A DNA stretch of 64,000 nucleotides from Candidatus Zhuqueibacterota bacterium (lineage in GTDB: Bacteria > Zhuqueibacterota > Zhuqueibacteria > Thermofontimicrobiales > Thermofontimicrobiaceae): contig JAPDPQ010000003.1 of assembly GCA_034506395.1 (NCBI GenBank), positions 230,693 through 294,692 of the forward strand, written 5' to 3'. Shown piece by piece: positions 1-10,220 of the stretch. The notes under the pieces are model-generated. The model ran no database searches, was not told the origin of the DNA, and was given only the letters and a program-made list of their open reading frames with translations. The position numbers and the translations under genes are program-made. The number at the start of each line of letters is the position of its first letter. Position 1 is the first letter of the stretch.

Positions 1-653
1 TCTGGGGCGAATCCACCCACAGTTTTGCCACGGTACCAGCCAAGGCGGGTGAGTCCGTGCGCATCGTAGGAACCGACGATTTCATCATCGGTTCCGAAGC
101 CCGTAAGGTGAATCGGTTCTATAATATCATCATGGATCTGGTAGAAAAATATCCGGGGAAAGTCCAATTCTTCCAGTACAACACTGGTGGTGTCGGTGAA
201 ATTTTGAACGAATATGTTGAGAACGGTGTCAAGAAAAAGCAATTGGTCCGCAAGGTCACCCGCGTTCCCATCGATCTCATGGCAGCTATTCAGCGTGGCG
301 ATCTGCGGGGTTCGAATAGATATCAAAAGGGGATTTTCGGTACTGAAGAGATTGTGTATTGCGAGGGCTACGATCTCGATCAATATAATCCGTTTAAACT
401 TTACTCGCGGGAACAGATCGATGCTTATTTAAAAGACATCGTCGAGGGACGGCGCAAGTTCACCGAGCGCATTGCCAATCAAGGCTTGAAGCCGGAGATC
501 ATCAAAATCGCCGAGGAATCGTTCCAAATTGCCAAATCCTCTGAGCCGAGGAAAGTCTTTATTCCCGATACGACCCAATCTGAGGCAACGACTATTTCAA
601 CACCTAAAACTTGGGTCAGCAAGGTGCGGCCGCCGAGGCCAGTGGGATATTAA
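1..653 (+). CDS. C-terminal fragment of a PEP carboxykinase (ATP)-like protein; 5' end lies outside the window
   Basis: The frame is open from base 3 (WGESTHSFATVPAK...) into listed ORF 57..653. 'FFQYNTGGVGE...RVPIDLMAAIQRGDL' resembles the NTGWtGG...TRAiidAi C-terminal segment of ATP-PEPCKs. Recognised from memory only. Confidence 0.4.
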   Translation, partial: WGESTHSFATVPAKAGESVRIVGTDDFIIGSEARKVNRFYNIIMDLVEKYPGKVQFFQYNTGGVGEILNEYVENGVKKKQLVRKVTRVPIDLMAAIQRGDLRGSNRYQKGIFGTEEIVYCEGYDLDQYNPFKLYSREQIDAYLKDIVEGRRKFTERIANQGLKPEIIKIAEESFQIAKSSEPRKVFIPDTTQSEATTISTPKTWVSKVRPPRPVGY

Positions 654-774
654 ATTGGGTTCATCGCATTTTCGGACAGACTTTAAATACTGCTTGAACG
701 AAAACTCCCTTTTTTATCATTTTGGCCCGTCAATTGGCCTTTGGCGTGGATCTAAGGGAATGAATGGGTAAAGA

Positions 775-909
775 TTGTCATTGTGAGCATCCGCCGATTG
801 GCCATTACCGTCAACTTGAGCTCAAAAAATGTTAAAACCGTTAAAATGGTTATTGAAAACGATCTGAGTTCGTCAATAATGCCCGGATTAATTCGGGCAT
901 CAATGACAA
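775..909. repeat. Palindromic MITE-like element with 9-bp inverted termini and an internal hairpin
   Basis: The termini are TTGTCATTG (775-783) and CAATGACAA (901-909). The internal hairpin is ATGCCCG-N8-CGGGCAT (879-900). The element is intergenic. Confidence 0.4.
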
Positions 910-1172
910 TTAATAGGAGTTGCTGACCGTTTCAGAGGTATCCGAAAACAAAATATCCGATGCGGACGCTAATAGTCCCTTGGCTGATCGCTCAAAATAG
1001 CATTTCATTCTTAAGTTGACGCCAATAGCCAGTTGTCGAATGAGAATGACATTCTTGGTTCAAATTTAAAGGTTTTCTTTTAGGCACGAAATTGGCTATC
1101 GAGATATAGATCTGGTTCAATAAAAAGTCTCAATTTTGTTCCTAGGCCATATCAGCTTTTTGGAAATTTCAT

Positions 1173-1625
1173 TCATTTCTTTTGTGCACTACTCCCCAGC
1201 GCAGAAAGGATAATCAGCAGGAAGCCGATCCCTGTCCCAATTAATCCACCCTTGATCTCATGGCTGGTGATGCGCTTTACCAGAAAGCCCCCCAGCTTCT
1301 GTTCGATCGAAATATAAGTGAACACTACCATCAAGATCCCCAGCGCAGCTAAAGTCATCAGAAATACTTTAAACCAGCCGAGCGGGAGTCCTTTTCGGTA
1401 CCAGAAAAATAATAGCAGGACGATAACCGCAAACCCAGGGATCAACCAGAGCGGCGCGGCCTTTTGTGCAAAAAATAATCCGCTTCCAATGATCTTCTTG
1501 CCACTGCAACTTACTTCCAGCCAGGGCAGAAAAAAGCAGATGAGGATCAAGATCGCTCCAGCAGGAGACAGCCAAATTGTCAGATTGGGTCGAATAGAAT
1601 CAGTTTTCGATTGTTTCATATCCAC
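1173..1625 (-). CDS. Hypothetical integral membrane protein with about four hydrophobic helices
   Basis: This 150-aa ORF has alternating long hydrophobic stretches (ILILICFFLPW, LWLIPGFAVIVLLLFFWY, LMTLAALGILMVVF, GIGFLLIILSALG). The overlapping plus-strand ORFs look like antisense artefacts. Confidence 0.5.
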   Translation of the reverse strand: MDMKQSKTDSIRPNLTIWLSPAGAILILICFFLPWLEVSCSGKKIIGSGLFFAQKAAPLWLIPGFAVIVLLLFFWYRKGLPLGWFKVFLMTLAALGILMVVFTYISIEQKLGGFLVKRITSHEIKGGLIGTGIGFLLIILSALGSSAQKK

Positions 1626-1965
1626 CTTTCATGATAAATTGATCCATATTTTTGCAAGGAATTTTCAATTCGGGTTTGCAACCACTTCATTCGAGGCAGT
1701 TTGATAGATTATCACCGCCATCATAGGAAATAAAATTCACTTCACCAGGCATGAAAAGCTCTCAATGGTTTCATTCTGAGATCATTTCATATTCTGTGAT
1801 GCAAAATTATAGCAAATTTTCACCGAATTGTCAAGCGATAAACTTGTCTTTGCCTCCGTCTGATAGCTTAGCTGATAAAAATAGTTGTTGCGAACCGAGC
1901 AAAGTTTTCTTATATTTCATCGCCAATAAATTTGGGATCAACCGCATTAGGCACGGATTATCCGC

Positions 1966-3141
1966 ATGGAAGTAAAAAACACAAAATACCTGATTGTTTT
2001 GTTCGAAGTCATATCCCTCATCGTGCTGACGCTGATTATATCCTATTTCAAATTAGACTTCAAAGTTCAGGAGCTGTTTTATCGTGCTGGTTCAGAGTCA
2101 GCTTGGTATCAAAAGGATAGTCTCGGTTGGAGGATCGCCTACCATTATGGAACACTGCCCGCGATCCTTTTGACATTTTTTGCGTGTGTGGGGCTTATTT
2201 TGAGTTGGATGAGATCGAAAATGAGAACGCTGCGGCGCCATTTTCTTTTTATCATCTTAACTCTTGCGATCGGCCCAGGTTTGGTGGTCAATGCAATACT
2301 GAAAGATCATTGGGGGCGACCTCGCCCGCGCCAGGTTCAGGAATTTGCTGGAAAATGGGAATTCAAGGAGATTTGGGAACCGGGTACCCCAGGCAAAGGC
2401 AAGTCATTTCCATGCGGACATTGCTCCATGGGATTTTTTTTCATCACCTTGTACTACTTTTGGAAGCAAAGACGCCGGGCATTGGCTTACGGAAGTTTAT
2501 TGTTTAGCCTGGTACTCGGTATCTACATTGGTTTAGCCCGCATGGCCCAGGGCGGTCATTTCCTCTCCGATGTCGTCTGGTCTGGAGGGCTCACCTATTT
2601 AACGGCCGCAATTTTATTTTATTGGGGGTTGAAGATCCCGGAGCATGAGGTCCAATCTGCCGAAATCGCCCATGAATCAAAGCGCAGCCCTGCCAGCCCC
2701 AAAAAACGATTGCTTATAGCCATTGCCGGTCTTCTCGCAACGGCGATCTTGATCTTCATCTTTCTGTTCTCCAAGCCGTTCTATCGAGAGTCAGTTCATT
2801 CGGTCAATAAAGAAGGGTTGTTTAAAATTGTCAAACTCCATCTCGCGCTAAATCGCGGCGATATTATCGTACGAAGCGGCCGCTTTGATCAAGCTATTCG
2901 GATCAAAACCATTGCCCAGGGATTCGGTTTTCCGAAATATCGGTACCAAAGTGAATTGTTCCAGAGAACGATTGGAGATACGCTGTCGGCAATATACATG
3001 GTTAACTTGAGAGGGCTGTTCAACGAACTTGATGTTCAGACCGTGGTACAGATCGATTCGCTTTATCCAATTCAGATTTCAGGGGGCAGCGAGAAGGGCA
3101 GTTTAATGTTCGAAGCCCCAAAATTTAAATCAAATGAATGA
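1966..3141 (+). CDS. PAP2-family (type 2 phosphatidic acid / undecaprenyl-PP type) phosphatase with an extra TM helix and a C-terminal domain of about 120 aa
   Basis: All three PAP2 motifs are visible: KDHWGRPRP (KxxxxxxRP), PCGHCS (PSGH-like) and GGHFLSDVVWSG (SRxxxxxHxxxD-like). Confidence 0.8.
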   Translation: MEVKNTKYLIVLFEVISLIVLTLIISYFKLDFKVQELFYRAGSESAWYQKDSLGWRIAYHYGTLPAILLTFFACVGLILSWMRSKMRTLRRHFLFIILTLAIGPGLVVNAILKDHWGRPRPRQVQEFAGKWEFKEIWEPGTPGKGKSFPCGHCSMGFFFITLYYFWKQRRRALAYGSLLFSLVLGIYIGLARMAQGGHFLSDVVWSGGLTYLTAAILFYWGLKIPEHEVQSAEIAHESKRSPASPKKRLLIAIAGLLATAILIFIFLFSKPFYRESVHSVNKEGLFKIVKLHLALNRGDIIVRSGRFDQAIRIKTIAQGFGFPKYRYQSELFQRTIGDTLSAIYMVNLRGLFNELDVQTVVQIDSLYPIQISGGSEKGSLMFEAPKFKSNE

Positions 3142-3470
3142 TCGCAGCAGAAGACTGACCCAGGGTTTAACCGCATCATGCGATCGCACATTCTGAGTCA
3201 ATGATCATAAAGATGTCCTTTGCCAAATTTTGACGCTACAAGAATTTCCTGAGCGTACTTTCTGAACATGAACATTTGTGATCGGAATTTTCGATTCGAA
3301 ATCGACATCAAGATCATCTGAATAAGCCCCAATCATGCTTTTTAGTTTTCCAATTTTCGATTATGCAAGCGATTCTGTTGATCGAATGAGTTCCTTTGTC
3401 ATTGCGGAGTTGAGACTGAATCCAAGGCACGATCTCATTCGCAGAGCGATCACCAAAAGAAGGAATCATT

Positions 3471-4628
3471 ATGACTGAAAATCTTTCCCAAACTGAATTG
3501 AAACATCTGATCGGCTCGGTATTCTCCTTGCGTGAGGAGGATAAAAACTTGGCGATCCTTGTGGACGTTCCAGATCAAATCATACCTGATAATCCAGAGT
3601 GGCGAAGGCGTCGAGAACTGGCCTCAGATTGGCATTGGAAATTGAACCAGGCAAAGAACGAACTGGGTCTGGAACGTGTTGACCTGATCTTTTATCCGAA
3701 CGTGCACAGCAACAACGCAGATCTGCCAGCCAAAGCCTTTTTCTACGATGGCGATGTTTCATCGCTAGATGGCTCAACTTTATCGGCCCTCGGGCAGCCG
3801 TTCGAGTTCGAATCCCAGCTCGCTCGATATCAGATAATTTTGGCGCCGACTGAGTTTTCCACAACCGCGCCATTGAAACTGTTAGCTAAAAAATATCATT
3901 TTCGCGCGGCGACCATGCCGGGCTTTTCTGCTGCCATGATCCCGGCGCTCAAATTAGATTACAGGGAGATCAATCGGCGTGTCGATCAAATCAAACAATA
4001 TCTTGATAAATCGATTGGGGTAACGATGGATTTTGCCTTGAGGACTGGTGAGCAGTATCAGGTCTATTTCGATCTGCGCTATCGGACGGCGCATGCCAGC
4101 GCTGGTCGCTTTCCCGAGCCAGGCGTGGCTGGTAACTTACCCAGTGGCGAGGCCTATATCGTTCCTTATGAGGGCGAAAAGGGCGAGCCCAGCTTATCCC
4201 ATGGCATCCTCCCAGTTCAATTTGGCGATGAAATTGTGCTCTACCGCATCGAGGAGAACATCGCTTGCGAGGTGATAAGCACAGGTGCTGCCTCCTCTGT
4301 GGAAGCTCAAAAAATTAAAGCTGAACCCGCCTATGGCAATATCGCTGAAATCGGCTTCGGCGTTCTGGGTGATTTCGGCGTGAAACCGATCGGCGAGATT
4401 TTGCTCGACGAAAAATTGGGGCTGCACATCGCCTTTGGCCGCAGCGATCATTTTGGCGGCGCCGTCGGCGTGAAAAGCTTCACGGCTCCCGATAAGGTGA
4501 TCCATATCGACCGCATTTACATTCCTGAAATACAGCCTGAAATCGTTCCCGCTAAAGTCCAGCTCCAATTCGATGACTCCAGCGCACTCGTTATCATCGC
4601 CCAGAGCGAATACCAAATTTGGACTTGA
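3471..4628 (+). CDS. M29 (aminopeptidase T/S)-like protein
   Basis: 'GNLPSGEAYIVP' and 'EIGFGVLGD...ILLDEKLGLHIAFGRSDH' resemble the conserved NLPtGEvf and DEKigGtvHiAlG blocks of thermophilic M29 aminopeptidases. The ATG is preceded by GAAGGA. Confidence 0.5.
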   Translation: MTENLSQTELKHLIGSVFSLREEDKNLAILVDVPDQIIPDNPEWRRRRELASDWHWKLNQAKNELGLERVDLIFYPNVHSNNADLPAKAFFYDGDVSSLDGSTLSALGQPFEFESQLARYQIILAPTEFSTTAPLKLLAKKYHFRAATMPGFSAAMIPALKLDYREINRRVDQIKQYLDKSIGVTMDFALRTGEQYQVYFDLRYRTAHASAGRFPEPGVAGNLPSGEAYIVPYEGEKGEPSLSHGILPVQFGDEIVLYRIEENIACEVISTGAASSVEAQKIKAEPAYGNIAEIGFGVLGDFGVKPIGEILLDEKLGLHIAFGRSDHFGGAVGVKSFTAPDKVIHIDRIYIPEIQPEIVPAKVQLQFDDSSALVIIAQSEYQIWT

Positions 4629-4875
4629 GCAACGGCCGGCGGCAACTCACGGTTAACTCTGTTAGTTGAATCGTCCGATGCTGGAAATCTTCTGGCATCG
4701 GATGATCATCGACTTAGAATCTGCACTTCTTTTATGCAACCATCCAATCTTTCGACTTCTGTCTCAGTCACCCCGTGATTGTCATTGAAATGTAAAATTT
4801 TTTTTTAGCCAAAAATAATTATTGACTCTTAAGAAAAAATTTTTTTTATTTGCAGCTTTAAAATTTGGAGCAGCT

Positions 4876-6090
4876 ATGTTGAATGAAACTGATACCGTCT
4901 GGAACGGCTCAATCACTACCCCGCGTGGCTATCGCGCATGCGGTGTGCGCTGCGGGATCAAGCAGCAAGGTCTGGATTTAGCTTTGCTGGTCAGCGAGAT
5001 CCCAGCGTCAGTTACGGCCATGTTCACCAGCAACCGGATCAAGGCCGCTCCGGTTATCCTCAGCCAAAAGCTGGTTCAAAGGGGTCTCGCTCAGGCGCTG
5101 GTGATCAATAGCGGCAACGCCAATGCCATGACCGGCGAACGGGGGCTGGCGGACGCCAAGCTCATGACCGAGCTAGTCGGAAACGCGCTCAATCTCGACC
5201 CCTCCTTGGTATTGGTTGCTTCAACCGGCGTGATCGGCCACTACTTGCCCATGGACTTGATTCGTTCAGGGATTGCAGAAGCCAGTCAGCGTCTCTCTCC
5301 TACTGGGGGTGATGAGGCGGCTCAAGCGATCATGACCACCGATACCCGGCCCAAACATTTCGCCATCACATTCGAGATCAATGGCCAGATATGCCACATT
5401 GGCGCGATAGCCAAGGGCAGCGGCATGATCCATCCTCAGCTTGCCACCATGATTGCCGTTTTCACTACAGATGTCGCCATCACTTCCGAGTTACTTCAAG
5501 CAGCATTGGCCGAAGTCGTCGCCGAAACGCTCAATGCCTTGACTATTGATGGAGAAACCAGCACCAATGACTCAGTCTTCATGTTCGCAAATGGCCTGAG
5601 TGGCAGTCCAATTATCGATTCCAGAGGCGAAAACTACCAGAAATTTTTATCCGCATTGCGAGCGATTTCTATGGCCATCACCAAAGAATTAGCTGCGGAT
5701 GGCGAGGGCGCCACGAAATTGGTGAGCGTCACGGTTCTAAAAGCAGCCACTCGAACAGAGGCGTTTCGGGCGGCGAAAGCCATAGCTAATTCGCTCCTGG
5801 TAAAAACCGCTATCTTTGGTCAAGATCCAAACTGGGGACGGGTGATTTCCGCCGTGGGCGCATCGGGTGTAATACTTGTACCCGACCAAATCACGATCAA
5901 ATTTGCAGATATTCCTGTGGCGCAGAACGGCGCAGCGATCGCTTTTGATCGCGCTGCCATGAAAAAAGCTCTCCAGCAACCCGAGATCAGCATTTCCGTC
6001 GCACTCGGTGCCGGCGAGGCTTCTGCTACGGTTTACACCTGCGATCTCACCTATGATTACATCAAAATCAACGCGGAGTATCATACATAA
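4876..6090 (+). CDS. argJ: Bifunctional ornithine acetyltransferase / N-acetylglutamate synthase ArgJ
   Basis: The sequence shows TTDTRPK and the autoproteolysis site 'ATMIAVFTTDV' (ATML-type). Typical ArgJ N- and C-termini are present (GYRACGVRCGIK ... YIKINAEYHT). I prefer the ATG at 4876, which has GGAG 5 nt upstream, over the ORF-track start at 4822. Confidence 0.9.
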   Translation: MLNETDTVWNGSITTPRGYRACGVRCGIKQQGLDLALLVSEIPASVTAMFTSNRIKAAPVILSQKLVQRGLAQALVINSGNANAMTGERGLADAKLMTELVGNALNLDPSLVLVASTGVIGHYLPMDLIRSGIAEASQRLSPTGGDEAAQAIMTTDTRPKHFAITFEINGQICHIGAIAKGSGMIHPQLATMIAVFTTDVAITSELLQAALAEVVAETLNALTIDGETSTNDSVFMFANGLSGSPIIDSRGENYQKFLSALRAISMAITKELAADGEGATKLVSVTVLKAATRTEAFRAAKAIANSLLVKTAIFGQDPNWGRVISAVGASGVILVPDQITIKFADIPVAQNGAAIAFDRAAMKKALQQPEISISVALGAGEASATVYTCDLTYDYIKINAEYHT

Positions 6091-6352
6091 ATTTGGCATC
6101 GAGAGAATCGCGACAAGGGAAACTTGGTGACGAGCTAAAGCGATCGTTTTGTGACCAAAAGACAGTAAATTGAAATCATCTTTTATATCGCAAACCGAAA
6201 GAACATCAGTTCGGAACCGAAAGCGATTTTCTATTTCATTAGACATTGCAAGCTATCGAGCATGAAGGGAGTTCATGCTTTTTCTTTTGGTGCAGTTGCT
6301 GAATAATTTTTTTTGACGTTTGTTTGATCAACTATTCTCTGGAGCATTCCTC

Positions 6353-7372
6353 ATGAAACGCATTGGAATTATCGGCGCTACCGGATATACCGGAGAAGAG
6401 CTATTGCGGAAATTAGCACACCATCCAGAGATCACGGTGAGCTTCGCCAGTTCTGAACAAGAACAAGGACAACCAATACGAAAGGTATTTCCGCACCTTC
6501 CGCACTATCGTGATAGGATCTTTTGTTCCGCTCAACAAGCGATAGCTATTCCAGTGGACCTCGTATTTCTATGCCTTCCTGCAGGCCAGTCGGCAAAATG
6601 GGCCAGGCCTTTCTTAGAGAAATCGGTCCGAGTGATCGACCTGGGTGCCGATTTTCGATATGACACGGCTTCGAGCTATGAACATTGGTGCGATTCTCCA
6701 CATCCAGCCCCAGAGCTGCTTCATGATGTGGTTTATGGTCTCCCAGAATGGAACCGCGAAAAGATAAAAACAGCGGCGATCGTCAGCAATCCAGGCTGTT
6801 ATCCGACAACGGTTTTGTTGGCTGTCATTCCATTGCTCAAAGCAGATGTCATCGCAAACGATCAGATTATTGTAGATTCAAAATCAGGGGTTTCAGGGGC
6901 TGGCGCTACGCCCTCAAAAACGACGCATTTTGGGGCAATTCACGAGAACTTTAGCCCATATAAGCCGGGACGGACCCATCGCCATGTGGGAGAGATGGAA
7001 CAGGAGTTATCAAAAATAGCGGGTCGAACGATGCGGGTGATATTCACCCCGCATCTTGCGCCCATGTTTCGCGGCCTGTTCTCCACGATCTATGTTCACC
7101 TAAAATCGGCTCTAAAACAGTCGGAGCTGATCAAGCTGCTCAGCGAAGCCTATCAGAACGAGCCCTTTATCCAAGTCTTGGACCAGGCTTTACCAGCTTC
7201 AAAAATGGCCAATCATTCCAATTTTTGTTTCTTGAGCGCTGCCACAGTCCCAGATTCCGATCTAGCGATCATCTTTTCCACCGTCGATAATCTGGGCAAG
7301 GGCGCCAGTTGGCAGGCAGTCCAAAATATGAACATCATGTTAGGTTTTCCAGAAACCATGGGGGTATTATGA
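6353..7372 (+). CDS. argC: N-acetyl-gamma-glutamyl-phosphate reductase
   Basis: MKRIGIIGATGYTGEEL gives the Rossmann motif and SNPGCYPT the active-site Cys motif. The ATG at 6353 has GGAG 8 nt upstream. Confidence 0.9.
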   Translation: MKRIGIIGATGYTGEELLRKLAHHPEITVSFASSEQEQGQPIRKVFPHLPHYRDRIFCSAQQAIAIPVDLVFLCLPAGQSAKWARPFLEKSVRVIDLGADFRYDTASSYEHWCDSPHPAPELLHDVVYGLPEWNREKIKTAAIVSNPGCYPTTVLLAVIPLLKADVIANDQIIVDSKSGVSGAGATPSKTTHFGAIHENFSPYKPGRTHRHVGEMEQELSKIAGRTMRVIFTPHLAPMFRGLFSTIYVHLKSALKQSELIKLLSEAYQNEPFIQVLDQALPASKMANHSNFCFLSAATVPDSDLAIIFSTVDNLGKGASWQAVQNMNIMLGFPETMGVL

Positions 7373-8151
7373 ATCGAAGCAAAATCTTGTTGAAGATTGG
7401 AGGCAAAGCGTTCGATGGCGAATCCGCCTATCAGGAGCTGGCTCAGGAGCAATTGCTGCTCAAAGATATCGCTTTCATTATTGTCCATGGCGGCGGCGCC
7501 GAAATTTCCCAGGCGCTAAAAGCAGCCAATCGGCAATCGGTATTCGTCGATGGCCTTCGAGTGACCTCTGCTGAGGACATCGCCATCGTCGAACAGGTGC
7601 TGTCTGGAACGATCAACGAGCGGATCGCACGGCTGTTAAGCCGAAACGGCCTGAGTTGCCGTCGATTGTCTGGGAAAACTGAGGGCTTGTTGCTCGTAGA
7701 ACCGATGCGCCGCAATGGTAAAGATTTGGGATTTGTCGGCCGAATCAAGCAAGTGAACCCATCGCCGGTGCTGGAGAGTCTGAATCAACATCGGGTGCCG
7801 ATTATTTCGCCCATTTCTGCCGATGAGGCTGGTGACAGCTATAATGTCAATGCCGATAGTGCCGCAGCGGCCATCGCTTCAGCATGTCAATGCGCGGGTC
7901 TGATCTATTTCACCGACGTCCCCGGTGTAAAAGTTGGAGACAAAATATTGTCTCAGATCAATTATTCGCAAGCCAAGAAGCTCATTGCTGATGGAGTTAT
8001 CAAGGATGGCATGATCGCCAAACTCGAATCGGCCTTCGAGGCATTGCTGAACCACGTGCCCTGGGTCCATATCACTTCTTGGCAGGGCCCTGGCACACTG
8101 CGCAATTTAATTGAACGACGGGCAAAATCTGGAACGACAATTTATGGATAA
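7369..8151 (+). CDS. argB: Acetylglutamate kinase
   Basis: 'LLKIGGKA...IVHGGG...NVNADSAA' is the amino-acid-kinase signature. The start forms an ATGA overlap with the argC stop (7369-7372). Confidence 0.9.
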   Translation: MNRSKILLKIGGKAFDGESAYQELAQEQLLLKDIAFIIVHGGGAEISQALKAANRQSVFVDGLRVTSAEDIAIVEQVLSGTINERIARLLSRNGLSCRRLSGKTEGLLLVEPMRRNGKDLGFVGRIKQVNPSPVLESLNQHRVPIISPISADEAGDSYNVNADSAAAAIASACQCAGLIYFTDVPGVKVGDKILSQINYSQAKKLIADGVIKDGMIAKLESAFEALLNHVPWVHITSWQGPGTLRNLIERRAKSGTTIYG

Positions 8152-9376
8152 AAAGATGAATGCAAAACAGATTATAGAAGCCGAGCATCGGGTCCATTTG
8201 CAAACCTATGCCCGCTCCGAAGTGGTGTTCAGCCATGGGAAAGGGGTTTATCTTTATGACGTCGCAGGCAAAGCATATTTAGATTTTGTAGCTGGGATCG
8301 CCGTGAATGCGCTGGGTCATTGCGACCCACAACTTCAGCAGGCGTTAACAGAACAAGCGGCCCGGCTCTGGCATTGCTCCAATCTTTACTATTCAGAACC
8401 CCAGGTGCGATTGGCCCAACTCTTGGTGGATCACTCCTTTGCGGATAAAGTTTTTTTCTGTAATAGCGGGACAGAAGCCATCGAGGGCGCGATCAAGATC
8501 GCCCGAAAATGGGCCACCGTGAATAGGGGCAAAGACAGTCATGAGATCATCGCATTCAATCGTTCGTTTCATGGCCGCACCATGGGCGCGCTTTCGGCAA
8601 CCGGCCAGCCAAAATATTGGGAGGGCTTTGAACCGATGCTTCCCGGCTTTCAATTTGCAACTTTCAACGATCTGAACGATGTTGAGTCGCGCATTGGCCC
8701 AAAGACGGCGGCAATCATGGTGGAACCGGTCCAGGGCGAGGGAGGCATTCACCCCGCTGAGCCAGAGTTCTTGCAGGGTTTAAAAGAACTCTGTCGCAAA
8801 CAACAATGCTTATTGGTGCTGGATGAAATCCAATGCGGTCTGGGACGCACTGGAAAATTTTTCGCCTATGAACATTATGGCATTGAGCCAGACATTCTCG
8901 CTCTGGCGAAACCCCTTGCCGGGGGCTTGCCCATGGGCGCGATCCTCATGACCGATGCGGTTGCCAGCGCGATCAAAACTGGGGATCATGGCTCTACTTT
9001 TGGCGGGGGACCGTTGGTGGCTCACGTCGCTGCCCACACGGTTTCCAGAATTCTTGGACACGGCTTGCTTCAGCAAGTGGCACACAATGGCCGCTATCTC
9101 ATCTCCCAATTGGCTGAGCGTCTATCTCCATTTGAAGAAGTTACTGCCATTCGAGGTCTCGGCTTAATGATTGGCATCGATTTCAAACTGGATGTTAAAC
9201 AGGTCATTGCCACCTGTCTCAATAACGGATTGATCGTCGCACGAGCTGGAGAAAGCACTTTGCGCCTCACTCCGCCGCTTATTATCGAACGGAACCACAT
9301 TGATGAAGCCATCGATAAGTTGGTTCAGTCCATTCAAATTGTAAGAGGGAAAAATGGTTCGAAGAGCAAAAATTAA
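8144..9376 (+). CDS. argD: Acetylornithine aminotransferase (class III PLP)
   Basis: 'FCNSGTEAIEGAIKIAR', 'LVLDEIQCGLGRTGK' and 'HGSTFGG' are visible. The gene sits in arg-operon context. The start may be at 8144 or 8156. Confidence 0.9.
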   Translation: MDKKMNAKQIIEAEHRVHLQTYARSEVVFSHGKGVYLYDVAGKAYLDFVAGIAVNALGHCDPQLQQALTEQAARLWHCSNLYYSEPQVRLAQLLVDHSFADKVFFCNSGTEAIEGAIKIARKWATVNRGKDSHEIIAFNRSFHGRTMGALSATGQPKYWEGFEPMLPGFQFATFNDLNDVESRIGPKTAAIMVEPVQGEGGIHPAEPEFLQGLKELCRKQQCLLVLDEIQCGLGRTGKFFAYEHYGIEPDILALAKPLAGGLPMGAILMTDAVASAIKTGDHGSTFGGGPLVAHVAAHTVSRILGHGLLQQVAHNGRYLISQLAERLSPFEEVTAIRGLGLMIGIDFKLDVKQVIATCLNNGLIVARAGESTLRLTPPLIIERNHIDEAIDKLVQSIQIVRGKNGSKSKN

Positions 9377-9806
9377 AGATGTCCCCCAATTAGTAAAAAT
9401 GGTTAATCAATACGCCGCCAAAGGGGAAATGCTAGCGAGATCGTTGTCTCAGGTCTACAATTCTATTCGGGACTACGTGGTCATCGAGGATAATGGGCAG
9501 GTGATCGCCTGCGGTGCCTTGCATGTCGTTTGGGAGAATATTGCTGAACTGCGAACCGTGGCTGTTGCACCGGGGCGGACCGGACAAGGATTGGGTCGGC
9601 AGATAGTCGAATTTCTTATCAAAGATGCCTATGAGCTGGCATTGCCTCAAATTTTCACGCTGACCTATAAACCGGGCTTCTTTGAAAAATTCGGATTTGT
9701 CCGCGTGGATAAAAAAGAATTGCCCCATAAGGCCTGGCAGGATTGTCTCAATTGTCCCAAATTCCCAGAATGCGATGAAGTCGCGCTGATCAGATCCATG
9801 CAATAA
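9354..9806 (+). CDS. Stand-alone GNAT N-acetyltransferase (short N-acetylglutamate-synthase-like) with a C-terminal CxxCx5C motif
   Basis: The GNAT acetyl-CoA motif 'VAVAPGRTGQGLGRQIV' is present, as is the C-terminal 'CLNCPKFPEC'. The gene overlaps the argD 3' end by 23 nt. Confidence 0.75.
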   Translation: MVRRAKIKDVPQLVKMVNQYAAKGEMLARSLSQVYNSIRDYVVIEDNGQVIACGALHVVWENIAELRTVAVAPGRTGQGLGRQIVEFLIKDAYELALPQIFTLTYKPGFFEKFGFVRVDKKELPHKAWQDCLNCPKFPECDEVALIRSMQ

Positions 9807-10220
9807 CGACAGCTTTTCTAAAGGAGTCACATGACCTGTCGCAAATCAGACTTCTAAAAAAGACATGACTCTCTCATTTGTTTTCGCTGGCCGCTCAGCG
9901 GGTTGGAATTTCATAATTCTTCACAATATTCACTCAAATGGACAACCAAGAAATGAGTGTTTGTTGCTCCTGGGAATGCAGGAGTCCTATGGATCCAAAG
10001 GTCTAAGGAAGCCAGCATTCGAAGGCATTTGATCACAGGAGGGACTGCTTATCGCAATGACTTATTCTGTGGAATCGGTAGGAATTGAATCGTACGAAAA
10101 CCTCGCTGGCTGAAATCACATAGGATGCAAGATTTGTGACTGCGGATTCAAAACGGATCTGTTGGAGGTCATCTTCTTTCAAGCGTTATTTGCTTTCGAA
10201 TTGCTGAAGCAATTATCAAC

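Noticed and set aside
1318-1704. 128-aa plus-strand ORF
   Set aside because: It is antisense to the hydrophobic 150-aa membrane-protein ORF, and its composition looks non-coding.
3795-3830. GTTCGAATCCCAG string resembling a tRNA T-arm
   Set aside because: The flanking bases do not form a T-stem or an acceptor stem, and the string lies inside a well-supported CDS. I saw no other tRNA-like T-loop in the window.
5737-6246. 169-aa minus-strand ORF, plus similar antisense ORFs inside copA (21726..22268), the M29-like gene (4194..4616) and the RR gene (49492..49848)
   Set aside because: All overlap strongly supported genes on the other strand and lack motifs. These are typical shadow ORFs.
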